Of a stretch of DNA of 48,396 nt, positions 1-15,818 are shown one piece after another. Below the pieces are notes generated by a model. It saw only the letters and a list, made by a program, of their open reading frames with translations, ran no database searches and was not told the origin of the DNA. The position numbers and the translations under genes are program-made. Source of the stretch: Lenisia limosa (Eukaryota; Protista; Breviatea); NCBI GenBank assembly GCA_001655205.1, contig LPNZ01009187.1, forward strand, positions 1-48,396, in the 5' to 3' direction. How positions within the stretch are numbered: position 1 is the stretch's first letter; each line of letters starts with the position of its first letter.

Positions 1-321
1 ATATCAAAAAATGAATGGTAAATATGCATGATAACTATATACAAGAAAGCAGAGAATATTTTGAATGATTTTTACTCCCTGGCCCACGTAGAGCACTGGA
101 TGATAGGCAAGATCCAAAGGACTACGACAGAGCTTCCAGTCGGGGATATCGTCGAGAGTTCTATAGCAATCATATTATTGTTTACAATATATCACGTTCA
201 CAACTTTGTACTGTTGTTATTTCAAACAGCAAGAAAACAGACGATTAACCTACCCAGGAACACTAATATTGATGACGTGTTTCAACAGGCCAAGGATATG
301 ATTTCGAGCCTCAAGATCTAA
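1..321 (+). CDS. 3' end of an unidentified spliced gene (partial)
   Basis: Two apparent exons (about 92-145 and 226-321) separated by a GT-AG intron, ending ...KQTINLPRNTNIDDVFQQAKDMISSLKI-TAA. No family recognised. Confidence 0.4.
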
Positions 322-441
322 AAGATCAAAATAGTGTACCGTATACATCACTGAAGAAAAGAAAAAAGCTATTTGTTTTAATTAATGTAGCAATTTAAGC
401 TATCCTCCGATGAGTTACAAATTGTCGCTTTTTGATCAAAA

Positions 442-2424
442 TCAGTATGCAACCCAGCCTGGAAAAGACTCTCTTCGTTGGATTTTCTCAAGGAGGCCTG
501 GAAACAACCTCAGGTTAAAGTCATGTGATCGCTATTATGGGAGGGCAGTGCACGTCACCGAAGGGCGAAGAATTAGGGTTTGAAAATAAAAAATAAAAAG
601 GGGGACTCCGGCGGAATGAACGTCCTTCTTCACTTTCTGGCGATCATTCAAGAGTATTTTTGGGGCTCTATGACAAAATACGACGCTGTAGTTGCATTTC
701 TGAAAATCCGACCAAAAATGCGTTCGAGTAGAAATAGTGTTTGCATAATGCACCTGCTCTCCATATGATATATACATATACTATATATAATTATATATAT
801 TTTATATATAGTATACTATATATGATCATATGATATATAGTATATTATATTATCCCTATTATCAAAAAAAGCTCACCCTTTTCAGGGGTTTCTTTGTTCG
901 GTTTCAAAAGAGATACAGTGACTGACACATTCGGTGCAAGACAGTCGGGGTAGCTCTCTGCTGCGTTTTCTCCACTCGTGGTCCTGTAAGATGAGATGCC
1001 GATGTGTCTTGATACGATAAATTAACTGAAACCGTAGAAACCACGTTGAACAAAAGAGCAAAAATCAGAAGAGATAGCTAATGTCTATTACATCATCATA
1101 GAACAAAATAGCAAAAATCAGACTTATGTTTATTACATCTCATACTTTTGAAACTTGATGTCTTCAACAGTGATTTTGGAAATGTCAAAGCCGGAGAAGT
1201 ATATTTCGCTCAACGCTGCAGCAATCTTCTGAGAAATAGCAAGGCGAATGGGCCTATTTGGTCATCGAGGGGGAGGGGAAATGGAAATGCATGAAACACA
1301 AAAGTAAAAATTCAACTCTCGAATAGTTTCAGCCACACTTGGAGCAAAATTTAAGAAGAATGGGGAGGTAAGATATGTACAGATAACTACAATCATTCTC
1401 TGGTATTTTTTGAAGTTTTTTGAAGAGTTCAGCACAAAACAAACCGTGGGAGGTACTTTTTGATGTCCTTGTTACGTGAGAAGGCAGTTAAACAGCCAGG
1501 GTAGTAAGTACGGAGAGCAACTTCACGCCCCTTTGTGAGTTAATTCAGAGACGTTCCAGAAAGCCAAACCTGATACTCTGCAACTTCATGAATTTCCGCC
1601 AAAACACCAGGTGCCATATTGAAAGCAATGACCTGATGAAAATGAGCTTGCGCAACATCTTCAACATCCTTTCTTCAGCTGAAAAAAAGCTACTTTATCT
1701 GATAAACCCACCCCTACCTCAATATTGGCCTGAATATCTTCTGCAAAATCTACTGCCTATGGGAGTTAACTTATAGCGAATGAGACAGTAGCGAAGTAGT
1801 CAGCTCACCGCAATTTCAAACCTCCTATCTCCAGCAAAGCCAAAATAGCGTGTGGGATGATCTAAAAGGATCAAAACAACAACTTCCCAACCTCTATGGG
1901 CTGTAATATTGTCGATAGTAACCTCCAGTCCACTTTGCGTCACCAGTGTTGAATCAAAGCTACTCACTTCATTCTCATCCCTGACAGTAAGTAAGACCGT
2001 GTTAAAACAAGAACAATTAAAATATAACCGCTATAATTAGTGTTTTACACGTCTCTCGTACTTGTAAATGTCATTTTCTTTCGCCTTTTCAATAAGAAAC
2101 TCAGAGACTTCATCCAATCCATTGACTTCATAGAAATCCTGCAATAAACTGGTGCGCAAAACTGTCAAACCTGGTTGTCTTTGCGCTCCTTCAGCTCATC
2201 TATGATACTAAACTTAGATGTGTACTCATAGAGCTTCCAGGTACGATGACGAGGGGCCTCACTAAGAGATGTAAGGAAGCGTGGCTAAGAAGGAACATGG
2301 TAGATCTCAGTCAAAAACTTTGTTTGTATTACCCAATTAAGAATATTGCTTTATTAAAGAATAAAAATGAGGACGCCACGATTACGACTTACCTGGGTAC
2401 ATTGTCCCAAACTGAAGGTGCCAT
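442..2424 (-). CDS. Protein kinase-like protein, probably a pseudokinase; multi-exon
   Basis: Manual splicing gives MAPSVWDNVP..EAPRHRTWKLYEYTSKF.., then kinase-like segments in the expected order: AEYQ|GREVALRTYY (subdomain II), RLAISQKIAAALSEIYFSGFDISKITVEDIKF (VIa/VIb position) and HRAPKILLNDRQKVKKDVHSAG (VIII-IX). The 3' end is uncertain. Confidence 0.5.
765..850. repeat. AT-rich (TA)n-like low-complexity tract, intronic
   Basis: Near-pure A/T run (atatgatatatacatatactatatataattatatatattttatatatag...). Confidence 0.7.
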
Positions 2425-2620
2425 GTTAATTTAAGTGTACTTCGAGGCTTAACAGTTCATACTCTAATTAATTATGTAATTGAGAGTTTGCACACATTGC
2501 ACAGTTACAATCACTGGGCGACAAATATAAACACCCAGGAAAGAGTCCTTTTTCACTGTTTTCCGCTTTTTCCTTTTCCCCTTCTTTTTGCTTAGATAGA
2601 AAGTTGAGAAGCAGGACAGA

Positions 2621-3308
2621 ATGGCAAGAGATGGTATGTGTGGGGTTTTTTCTTAAATAATGAACTCCTCTACGCCTTTATTTCAAGGCCACTGTCCTTA
2701 ATTAATCTCATTTTATGTAGGAGACAACTATGGGCCCATGAAATGTACGTGATGAGANNNNNNNNNNNNNNNNNNNNNNNNNNNNNNNNNNNNNNNNNNN
2801 NNNNNNNNNNNNNNNNNNNNNNNNNNNNNNNNNNNNNNNNNNNNNNNNNNNNNNNNNNNNNNNNNNNNNNNNNNNNNNNNNNNNNNTGTGTTGTAATTTG
2901 GTTGTAACAATAAAGTAATAATGTGGAGATAGGAGTACATGAAAAGTTTGCATTAACGTTCACAGCTGTTGAAGGCTGGGTAATTATGGCAAGCAACATC
3001 CATTCCGAGGCTACCGAGGAGGACATCACCGACCTTTTCTCTGATGCAGGAGAAGTGAAAAACCTCCACCTCAACATTGACAGAAAGTCTGGTTTTGTTA
3101 AGGTTTGTTTTATTGACTTGAGTTTGATTTTTGAGCAAAGTGATAACTTGTTTAGGGTTATGCTCTTATTGAGTACGCCACCAAGGCTGAGGCTATGGAG
3201 GCCATCCAGACTGTTGACGGAAAGGACCTTCTTGGACAGGAGGTTGCTGTATCTTGGGCTTTCACCATGGGTCCCTCTGACCCCATTTCTACCTCAACTT
3301 CTTCTTAG
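2621..3308 (+). CDS. RBM8A: RNA-binding protein 8A (Y14), exon junction complex core subunit
   Basis: VEGWVIMASNIHSEATEEDITDLFSDAGEVKNLHLNIDRKSGFVK|GYALIEYATKAEAMEAIQTVDGKDLLGQEVAVSWAF matches the Y14 RRM. There is an N-gap in the 5' part and the exact C-terminus is uncertain. Confidence 0.93.
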
Positions 3309-3739
3309 GGTTGGAGGGGAACAATTTTTCGTTCATAAGGAATGGTTGCTATATTCACTGATTTTCCAAATATTGCCGAGGTTTTAATTTCACTGAATGA
3401 AGCACTTCAACTGATCACAAGCGTATCATATGGATGTCTTTTTTTTTTTTCTTTTAATTATAGTTAGAAAATCGAAAGTTTTGTGTTGTGAATGCCTCTT
3501 TACACCTCTAGTTTGACTCCTGATGTATTGTACTACTAATTGTTTGTTTTGTTTTGTCTGTTTGTGTAGTATAATGGTAATGTGACCCGAAGTATAATAT
3601 GTGACAAAGTATTGAATCAACCTGTTAAAGTTATTTGAACATTGCCTGTCATTAATCCCTGCGCCCAGTGGTAAATAGCCATGGTATGCAATAAATAAGA
3701 AACAACAAAAGAAGAGAAGAGAAAAAACTACCAAGCCGA

Positions 3740-6494
<2,755 letters not shown>

Positions 6495-7591
6495 TTTACA
6501 AAATAATAAGAAATGAGCAACTCAAACGACAATTAAAATACTTAAGTGGAGATTAGGAGGAAATCGGTAATAACAAGAGATAATACACAAAAACACACAC
6601 TAACAACAACAACACAAACACTAATATAAAAAAAAGGAAAAAAAACTTGAACGAAAAGTATGATCTTGAGGATCAGAACGATATTCCTTAAAAGGCAAGT
6701 TGTCACTTAATGGCTGTTTGTCTTTTGAGTCGCAACTTGAAAGGCGACAGGCGGCTTGAAATAACCTTGTTATAAACGAGGTTGGCTGAATTCTTGAAGC
6801 AGACAGACATAGTTGGGGCTTAAACTTATTCAAACCTGTGCATTCAGTGTTTCCTGAAGAATGGGCGTCAGCATTTTCTAAGAAGGGGTAACAAGGGCCA
6901 CACGTTGGTGATTGGGGAGATCACTGTTCAACCAAGAGCAAGACAGTCCGGTGGTCCATTTGCGTTGCTACACTGTTAAAAAATTTAAACCTACAGCAAG
7001 CGCTGCCATTTAGAGCTGGGACCGTGCAGTTGGACCATGTTTTATCGGTGACAAAGCAACCGAAGGCGGTTTCGTTAATATCTGGGTTATGAATAATAGA
7101 TAAGTTCAATTGGACGTTACAATCGTAACATACTTTCAGGGAGCCATCTGCAATAGTTGTGGTTGCTCAGACCATATTCCTTATGGAGCCAGACGTCAAC
7201 AGGAGTTGATACATCGTAATCGGTCTATATAGTGACTTGGTGAACAAGGGTGAATTGTTAAGTTGTAGTATCATACTGGTAAGTCGCCGTCTTGTGGCTG
7301 CCAATCAGCCCATATTTGACAAGGACCGGTCAGCAGGAACGGATGAAATAATCAATATAACACCATATAATTGAATGAATGTGAGTTCCCCATACATGTG
7401 AGAACGATGAAAAGGAAGACCTTTTCCATTTCGAGAATATATGAAAAACCCGGTACCAACAGCAATAAGAACGACTCTCTAAGCGGTAAAAAATCTCATC
7501 CATCTCTCTAGAATGTGTTTGACGTACCTTGTCCAGTGATTTCAAACCACCACTAAAAACTATCCAAGAATCTGATGCTTACTTATTCTAG

Positions 7592-9925
7592 GCTTATGGG
7601 ACTCTGAAATGAGAGTTGTCGATTGTGACGTCAATTTTAACCACTGTCGTATTGAAATCTACCATGATGCATCTGGGGCATTTGCGATGATAGGTGGGCT
7701 GCAAATCCTTCTTGAAATCCGTTTGTTTTATTCTTATTATCTAGTGCTTCCCATACAGAAGCTGCAATTAGGTGTTTGAAAGCTGGTCACCCCCATGGTG
7801 GTCTTTTGTTTGATGACCCCGATAACGGTCTGTTCAAACTCTATATGCATCTCAATATAACATTTCGCTCTAACTATGTAGTACACTCTGGTACCGGACC
7901 CATGTGGCTTGATTCATGCGTTTGTCTTTTGGGTGTGTCTGTCTTCCGACAACACTCGTTTTGACTGATATAGGAACCGAAACTGAACCGCGCGACAGCT
8001 GAATGTTCGGAATCCCGCGATTGCGATACGTTGAATCAGTAGGCTGGTGCTTTCACTGTCTATTGCCAATTTTGGCCAGATTTCTCAAGAGTAAAGTAAA
8101 AACAAGATAGAAACTGATAAATCTCTTTCACCACACCTCATCATATCTTTACCCCGGACAATTCCAGCGAGCCATGCACAATCAAAACGAATACATGTGG
8201 CCCATGCTACCGGCATCACTTCAGCGAAGTCAATGACTACTTTGGGAACGACAAGTGTGAAGCTCCTGCGCCTCCTGAAATGAGAATGGTGGATTGCACC
8301 GGAAAGTAGGTTTTAGTTGGGTCGTCATATATCTGCAAATTGCAATCGTAACCCATACGTCAATACCAACACTTTTAACTTCTTAGAGGTTGTCGCCTCG
8401 AGATCAAAAGCCCAAGTGATGAATGGGGTACCATATGCGGTGTCTCTTTCTCGGATACGGACACATGGGCCGCGTGCAAACACGTGAGTGAAGATCGTGT
8501 TGCTTGTTATCTATCCAAATTTTGATACTGTGTATTTTGGATTAAGATACTTAGATGGGCTTCCGATCGGGACAAGTCTCAATTCAGCCTCTTGACTATG
8601 TTCCCAGTGGTGATACCGAGAAAATGCCCATCCACATATACGCCCCGTTGTGCAAAGAGCACGACATTAGTCTGAGCACCTGCCTTGTATGTTATTTTGT
8701 ATTGCCATCATAATATAGGGTTTTTCGTTCAGAGAGAAAGATGATGTTCCAGCTCAGTGCTCACACCCAACAGTTGGTTTTGAGCGGCGGGCAATTATTC
8801 AGAAATTATCATAACTACTTTCATGAATTCAAATTTCTAACCTGTAAGAGTGTGGGTCCTAGTCCCACCTAGCATACATCTGGTTACATCACTTTCCACA
8901 AGACGCGTGGATTCAATGTACAAATGCATGTGCTGGGCCAAAGAGTGCCGCCTTCAACCTGAGATGCTACAAGTTTATGTGTCACCTCTCTAGGGATCCG
9001 ACAGTTGGTAAATTCGCCGACTTTGATGGCGAATTGCTGCCTGTGTGGAATGGATGGAACAGAGTGAGCGGTGCAACCTAGGCTTTTTTACTCCGATGTA
9101 AATGCGTTTGATAATATTTATTTTCAAAACAAAATACCATCCTTCTCACATCATAGATCTTCAAATGGGTTGATGGAGAAACGCTGCTCTTCGAAGACTG
9201 GAAACTTGGAGAGCCGAATAACTATGTAAGTCCCCTTAATGATTTCCATCAAAAGTTGACAAGTAACATACAATTGTATCTGACAGCTATTTGTCCCATG
9301 ACACTTCAAGGATAACTCTGAGGACTGCGTTGAAAGAGCTGAAGCGTCACTCAATTTCCTTTGGAACGACGGGAAGTGTCGTTTGACACAGGTTTGCCTA
9401 CTCGTCACTATAGTTGACGGTTTATGTATGAAAATATAAAGATGATATAATACTATGTAAATATGTGAAACAACTGTTGATTCCGAAGCCGATAATCCAA
9501 TGTTACTATTTAGGGATACATGTGGGAAGCGGCCTCCCTATCTTGTGAGGGAGTGGTAATTGGCGATCTGGAACTCGATGCTGATTGTACCATTTGATTT
9601 TGAAATACGTGCACGCTCATCAAATTGTTGCTTATATAATATCTTCCAAGGTGTTGGTGTCGTTGTTGTTTCGGGTTTAGCTGCAGTGCTCCTGTTCTGC
9701 TTCATGGAGTCACCGTCAAAGAAGCGCAAAAACAGAAAAGTGTGGATATACCTTCATGCCAATCTCTCACATATCACCTTTCATAATTTTGCTGAATTGT
9801 AACCATTTCAGGTTGGAGATAACGTTGGAAAGAACGTCACTGGAGCGTCCGACATTCACGTCCCAGCGGATGTTGACATTGACAGTCCGTGGAATAACAC
9901 GCAACACTCAGTGACAGCATGGTGA
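7592..9925 (+). CDS. Single-pass receptor with two SRCR-like domains, a C-type lectin domain, a TM helix and a short cytoplasmic tail; 5' end unresolved (may reach ~6860)
   Basis: SRCR-like: HCRIEIYHD..GPMWLDSC and GCRLEIKSPSDEWGTICGVSFSDTDTWAACKH|MGFRSG..PIHIYAPLCKEHDISLSTC. CTLD: FNLRCYK, FKWVDGETLLFEDWKLGEPNNY, EDCVERAEASLNFLWNDGKC. TM: GVGVVVVSGLAAVLLFCFM followed by basic KKRKNRK. Confidence 0.7.
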
Positions 9926-10448
9926 AAAACATGATGGAGAAGTGCCCTGCCCTTGGCCCTGAGTTCAAGGAGTTCGTCATTGCCTGTTTCCCAGGGTGTT
10001 GTTTTACAGCCCACTTATGACGACATATTAATAATTATGTATTTTGAGCCTGCTAATCAATAGGACTGCAGCCTCTGCCACTCCCGTTTCCCAGCTCCTT
10101 TGTCCAAGCAACCAAAAAGCTGACTAAGAGTGGGCTGTCGCGTGTTGGTGTTTCACTTCGGCTATAAAAAGACTGCATTTCTCGATATAGAGTGCATCGT
10201 AGGGAAATATCGATATTTAAGATTTTTTTTGTCAATGAAAGTTATCTAACATTTTAGATGGTAAAGAGTACCAATTGGTTTAGTTGCCAAGTTGTGTAGT
10301 ATGTAAGTAGTATATATGATGTATATTAGTAGTAGTTATTCGTGGTTAGGTTTTATTGATAGATTGATTTTGATACCAAAATGGAATTTCACGTGAAAAA
10401 GAACCTCTATCATTAAAATATTCATACCATACCAACAAATTGACAGAC

Positions 10449-13400
10449 TTATGCCTTGCCCTTCTTTTTCTTTTCGATTTGCTTCTGCTTGAGATTCTAG
10501 AGTGATTAGCGGCTGGAAGAAAAGAAAAATCGAAATGAGTGTCGGAGGAACTTTTGAATGAAAGCTACATGAAGAGTTATCGCAAACAGTAGAAATAGGA
10601 GTGTTAACCTTTCAATTCCATTTGCATTTACATCCCCCCCCCCCCAACCCGTTTCTGTCGCTGGCCAAGGAGCTGTTTTTCTCTGACCTCTCTCTTTTGG
10701 CGAACCTGGGTTGGTAAGCATCCGAAAAAACACACACTGTGTCAGTTTTAAACGTGAAAGCAATGGTATTCTTCGTGACCAAAAACTCATCAAATCTCCA
10801 GTAGACCCCCGACCATAAGATAGGGCTTGTTGACGAGCTTGTCTTGGTTGGTGGAGCCTCCAGCGGCCTTTTTTTTCATCATCTTTAGGGCTCCGGATGT
10901 CAGGCGGGCCTCCTCGGGGTCCAACTACAAATCAGAGCAGTTTCGGAGAACTTTCCTATGAACCAAAAAGAGTGACAATATTGATATTCTCAAATTATAC
11001 CGCACCCCCATCCATACCGCAGCATGTGCGAGCCTCTGAGCTTTGTTTTGCTTTTCCCTCTTCCTTGCGGTGTCGAGGTCTTCGCCATGAAGAACAGCCT
11101 TTGAGAACTTCACACTACGTTCGGTGAGAGCTCGAGAATTAAATTCCAAAACGGGGGACATCAGTAGTTTTTGGCAGGAACACTAAAAACAGGCATAACA
11201 AATTTGCAAAAGCTCAGCCAAAAGCCCACCCCTGTCTCTCCTTCTGTTCTCTGAGTTCGTCAAGACGCTCAAAGTCGGCGGGGGTCAGGATTCGACCAGC
11301 ATCAATCTTCTTCTTAGGCTCTTCCTCTTCCACTTCAGTAGTCTCAACGACAGCTTCTCTAGATGGAATGAGGTCATAATATGTTGGTGGCACCGTCGAA
11401 CACCATGGAAACTAACACAAATAAAATAATGATATGTTGAACTTTTAACATCTAAAGAAATTGGGATTTTCACTCCAATACAGAGCACGTGGCCACCCAA
11501 AAGTCTCACCCCTTCCTGGCCTTCTTGCTGTCGTTCTGATCCTCATCATCGTCCGACGTGGGGCGTTGGCGTTTGGCTGGACGCTTCTTAGAGTCCTCAT
11601 CAGACTCATCATCGGAAATCTGAGCAGTGAGCAAGGGTTGAGAAAGAAGTTCCTATTCATGTGTGGCATAAAGCTGATACTCTCCCCCCACGTTAATGAA
11701 GTCCTTGCCTCCGTCGTCGTCACTGTGACTGACGTTGATCCATTCTCCATCACTATCGCTATCGGAATCTGCAGGGGGAATCAAAGTTTAACACTACCAA
11801 TGATTCCATTATAGAAAAAAAAAAGTGGAATTAAGACATGAGAAAAACTAATCTGATTTAGTGAGAAAAAATAATNNNNNNNNNNNNNNNNNNNNNNNNN
11901 NNNNNNNNNNNNNNNNNNNNNNNNNNNNNNNNNNNNNNNNNNNNNNNNNNNNNNNNNNNNNNNNNNNNNNNNNGTTGTCCTCATTTTCAGCAGCCTCAGC
12001 CTTTTCTTTGTCCAGAATTTCAAGGAGTTCTTGGTCAGCGACACCTACGTCGGGTAAACAAAAAGATTGAAGGATGTCCCAATGTTTGCCATATTCTCAC
12101 AAAACAGACCTTCAGCGGCCCTGTCCTCTCCAAAACGAAGGGGGTCGACAGTCTTGGTTGACGCATTACGGCCCTAATAATTCAGCGGGTGAAATGGGAT
12201 GATAGTTAAATACATGAAATAAAAAAAATATAAAAGGCTAAAGCCGCCAACATCATATTATAAGCTAAAATAAGAATCAGATAATAACGAAGCCAAGCTA
12301 TCTGTGTACCGCCAACCGCCCATCTGGATGGTAAGCCCGATATGCCACAAACCTTGTCTTTCCTTCTGAGCATGTCGGGGGCGACTTCACGGAAGAGCCC
12401 GATCAACGACCTGGCGGCCATTGTCACACCCTGTTCAATGAGCTTAATGGCCTCTTCATTTGCCTATTCATTTGCAGTCTGTGTTGCCACTATATCAACA
12501 GTAAGCTGATCCTCTTCCCACCTTGTCCTTGTGTTGTTGGTACATGGTGAGGTCTTGGAGGAGCTCTTTGTTCATTGAAAGGGGCTGGCGACTGCAAATC
12601 TCGCGAATGGTGTTCAAACTAAACGGTAAGCCTCGACTGAGCTACCAACATGTCGTACCAGTAACATAATCAGATAAAAAACACAAAGTGAAAACAATAC
12701 CTGATATAAAAAAACACCTTTATGTATAAATAAATATAATGAATAGGACAGATTGCCACCACCACCTGCCAGCATACCCGACAGTGATTGCAGGGTTCGA
12801 AGAATGATCGTTGACAAACTTGTTCGCCAAAATGGTGATAACAGGTTGAAGGTCCTCCTAGGGCGATAAGCTGGCAATGGTAGTAATTGTGTTGTATGTA
12901 CTCAAGAAATATATATGACATAGTATATGATATATCCACCATTGGGATATCATATTTTTTGAATCATGCCTCGGACATACCGGGGGCACAAGGCTGTGGA
13001 CCGCCTGAGCAAGGTTTGCCAAAATCGTGGTCACGTGCTCCTGGGAAGTTAGACTGTTTAAAAGAAACGGGGGGGGGGGGGGNNNNNNNNNNNNNNNNNN
13101 NNNNNNNNNNNNNNNNNNNNNNNNNNNNNNNNNNNNNNNNNNNNNNNNNNNNNNNNNNAATTGCAAACCTGGGAGGGCTGGATGTACTTCTGAAGGTAGG
13201 GGTAGATGTTGAGGAGGAGGAGGTCATGGGCAGCAATCAGACGGGAGATGAGGGAACTGAAATGTCAGTCTTTTATTCGTTCTATTTTGAATGACGCGTT
13301 TATCATTTCTCATGTTGCCAAACAACATTTAACACTCGCTATTATCAATCACTCACATGAGCATAATGCGGAATTCAAATTTTTCGTTGCATCTCTTCAG

Positions 13401-15538
13401 ACGAGCGAAGAGTTTCTCAGCAAAAGCTAGAGAATAAGCAAGAGTACAGCAAGGAGGATTTCAAAATGTTTACAGCTCCACAAACACCTTAGATTAGGTT
13501 ATCAAGTATAATGCTATAATGCAACAGAGAGGGGTAAGGAAATAAACATTACGCTTACATTGGGGGTCGTAGAGAAGCTGAATAGCACTGAAGTTGGGCT
13601 TCACCTCGAGAGTTTGCTTACGAAGCTTCTTGATCTGTTCGGGTCAACTGCAAGCAAAGAAAAGACAAATAACCTCCTTTGATATAGTTCTACCCCCCCC
13701 CCCNNNNNNNNNNNNNNNNNNNNNNNNNNNNNNNNNNNNNNNNNNNNNNNNNNNNNNNNNNNNNNNNNNNNNNNNNNNNNNNNNNNNNNNNNNNNNNNNN
13801 NNNNNNNNNNNNNNNNNNNNNNNNNNNNNNNNNNNNNNNNNNNNNNNNNNNNNNNNNNNNNNNNNNNNNNNNNNNNNNNNNNNNNNNNNNNNNNNNNCAA
13901 CTGCTTCATCGTTGCCTTCCTTAACGGTCAATGTTTGAACAGCAAAGCCTTCTAGGTTCGAAGCTACAATCAAATACAAAGGATAGGATCCCGGGTACGA
14001 TGGCCATTCAATCCTCATGACTCTGAGGAGATATCGAGACCTTGCAGTTTGACACTCTCGCCACTTACTTCAGACATATTGAGGAAGAAACGAACGGCAG
14101 TAGCCTGGACCTTTGTTTCCTTGCTCAGTGCAGCCTGGGCAATGACGTTCACTGTCTTCGCATCGTTCCTGTTAATAGTCAACAGGCGGTGGAGCAAAAC
14201 CGAACCTGCGATGTGTGATCATCATCGCAACTATTGGATATATGTACCCGTTGTAGAGAGTCAGTATCAGAGTGATAAAGAATATCTCCGATCCCAACCA
14301 AATTCTTTTGTTATAGAGGTCAACAATTACGTCAAGAGACATCTTGGCAGCCATAATGGAGTCTCCAGCAAGCATAGTGTACATGAAATTCTATAGGCCA
14401 TGAGGATATCACTGAAATGGCAAGTAATAAGTAACAAAAGAACAGTTTGATACAGGAGCACGGGTAAAATATAAGACAATGATATCATCCACTCATCAAC
14501 TCAGTACCTGCAGAGTTTTGTTGATTTTGTTATTCTTGCTCTTCTTGTTGAGGTGTTTGATATCGGCAACAATATGACGATAGAGGAGGTCTCTCATCTG
14601 CTTGTCGTGTACACGGAAGAGTTTGAAGAAAATCGGCAGGAGACTGGGGGGGAGGAGGTGAGAAAAAAGAAGTGGTTCAAGATAGGTTATTACTGGCCAT
14701 TAAGACTGAATATAATTGCACAAAGATGAGATAAACACTTATTAGTTTTAAACACGATCTGTGACTGATTAATAACTACTGGAAATTCGTCCTTAGAAGC
14801 ACCGATCCATCCCACGTGGCAGCATCAATGATGTTTCTGTTTCTGATGAGGATCAAGGCGTTGACAATGTTCTTGCGGAGGGCCTGGGGAGTAAAGGGGT
14901 AGGATGGATCCTTGGCCTTACGTCGAAGAATATAGCACATTGTAAATAATTAGAAAGTGAATGGGAAAGTACTCGGGCGTCAGCCACGAGTTTCCTTACA
15001 TTTAAGAGCAAAACGATTAGTAGTGGTATTTGTGTTGCTTAAACGAAAAATATAGAAGAGAGAAGGGGGAAAGGCGAGCCCAACCTGGTCCCCACGCCCC
15101 CACCCAACGAAACAGCTCATAGACCCTTCCCAATGGCCAACCGGCTCAAGCTGCTCCGCTTGCGAGTCGAGAAGCTTGCAAAGCTGCTGAGGGAATTCCT
15201 TCAGCTCGGCCTTGTAAAGGGGGCAGACTTGCGACAGGAAAGAGATCAATGAACCAAAGTCATTCCAAGACTCCCTACAGAAGTGTAAACATTAAATATG
15301 CCATTTTTGATGAAAGCAATGTGTTTTAAGTATCCTGGGACTCAAAGACACTTATTCAAATAAGAAGTAGCTCAAGAAGAGATCGGAAGATATGTGAGCA
15401 TGCATACTGAGGCTTGAGGAGAAAAACTTCCAGACTGGAGAGGAAATGCTGATGTTGCTGCCTGAACTCGTCGATGTACGTCTGAGGGTCCCTCTTGCAG
15501 AGGTTCTGCAGCTGCAGAAGAGTAAGTTTGGTCGCCAT
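10449..15538 (-). CDS. SDA1: Protein SDA1 homolog (60S ribosome biogenesis)
   Basis: N-terminus [32 protein letters not shown]; also [30 protein letters not shown]|[19 protein letters not shown], a long acidic region and C-terminal [26 protein letters not shown]. Spans three N-gaps. Confidence 0.93.
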
Positions 15539-15818
15539 TGTGAGTGTTTGCCAAGGTACTCAACAATATGTGATCTAACAGTTACTGCTTGCTGTTTAGT
15601 GTTAAAAAAGACCAATAAGAACCAAAATTTTGCATATAAGCAGTCTAAAATCGTAATTATTTAAAAGCTGTTGCTTTGCTTGGGCTTTGCCTCTTCCAAC
15701 GGTTCTTTTAGTGTATTTTTTATATAAATTAGTTTTACTTGTATAAAATAAGGAGAGATCAGGAAAATCGCTCTATTCTTCAAGTTGCTTTGTGTCGAGA
15801 GGCCTATTCTCAAGCAAC

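Noticed and set aside
1048-1122. 22-bp direct repeat (21/22 identical) and an ATGATGA...CTGA box C/D-like pair on the minus strand
   Set aside because: The C-to-D spacing is only about 24 nt, too short for a C/D snoRNA. It is best read as a small intronic tandem duplication.
8039-8041. In-frame TAG inside an apparently continuous SRCR frame (..DCDTLNQ*AGAFTVYC..), hinting at a reassigned stop codon or readthrough
   Set aside because: The TAG can be an intron acceptor (aatcagtag|GCT), and I saw no in-frame TAGs in the conserved genes (UGP, SDA1, RABGGTA, GRWD1, eIF3f). One ambiguous site is not evidence; RNA-seq would settle it.
11285-12070. Plus-strand hydrophobic ORFs over the SDA1 acidic region
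   Set aside because: These are antisense shadows of Asp/Glu-rich coding sequence; an acidic region is normal for SDA1.
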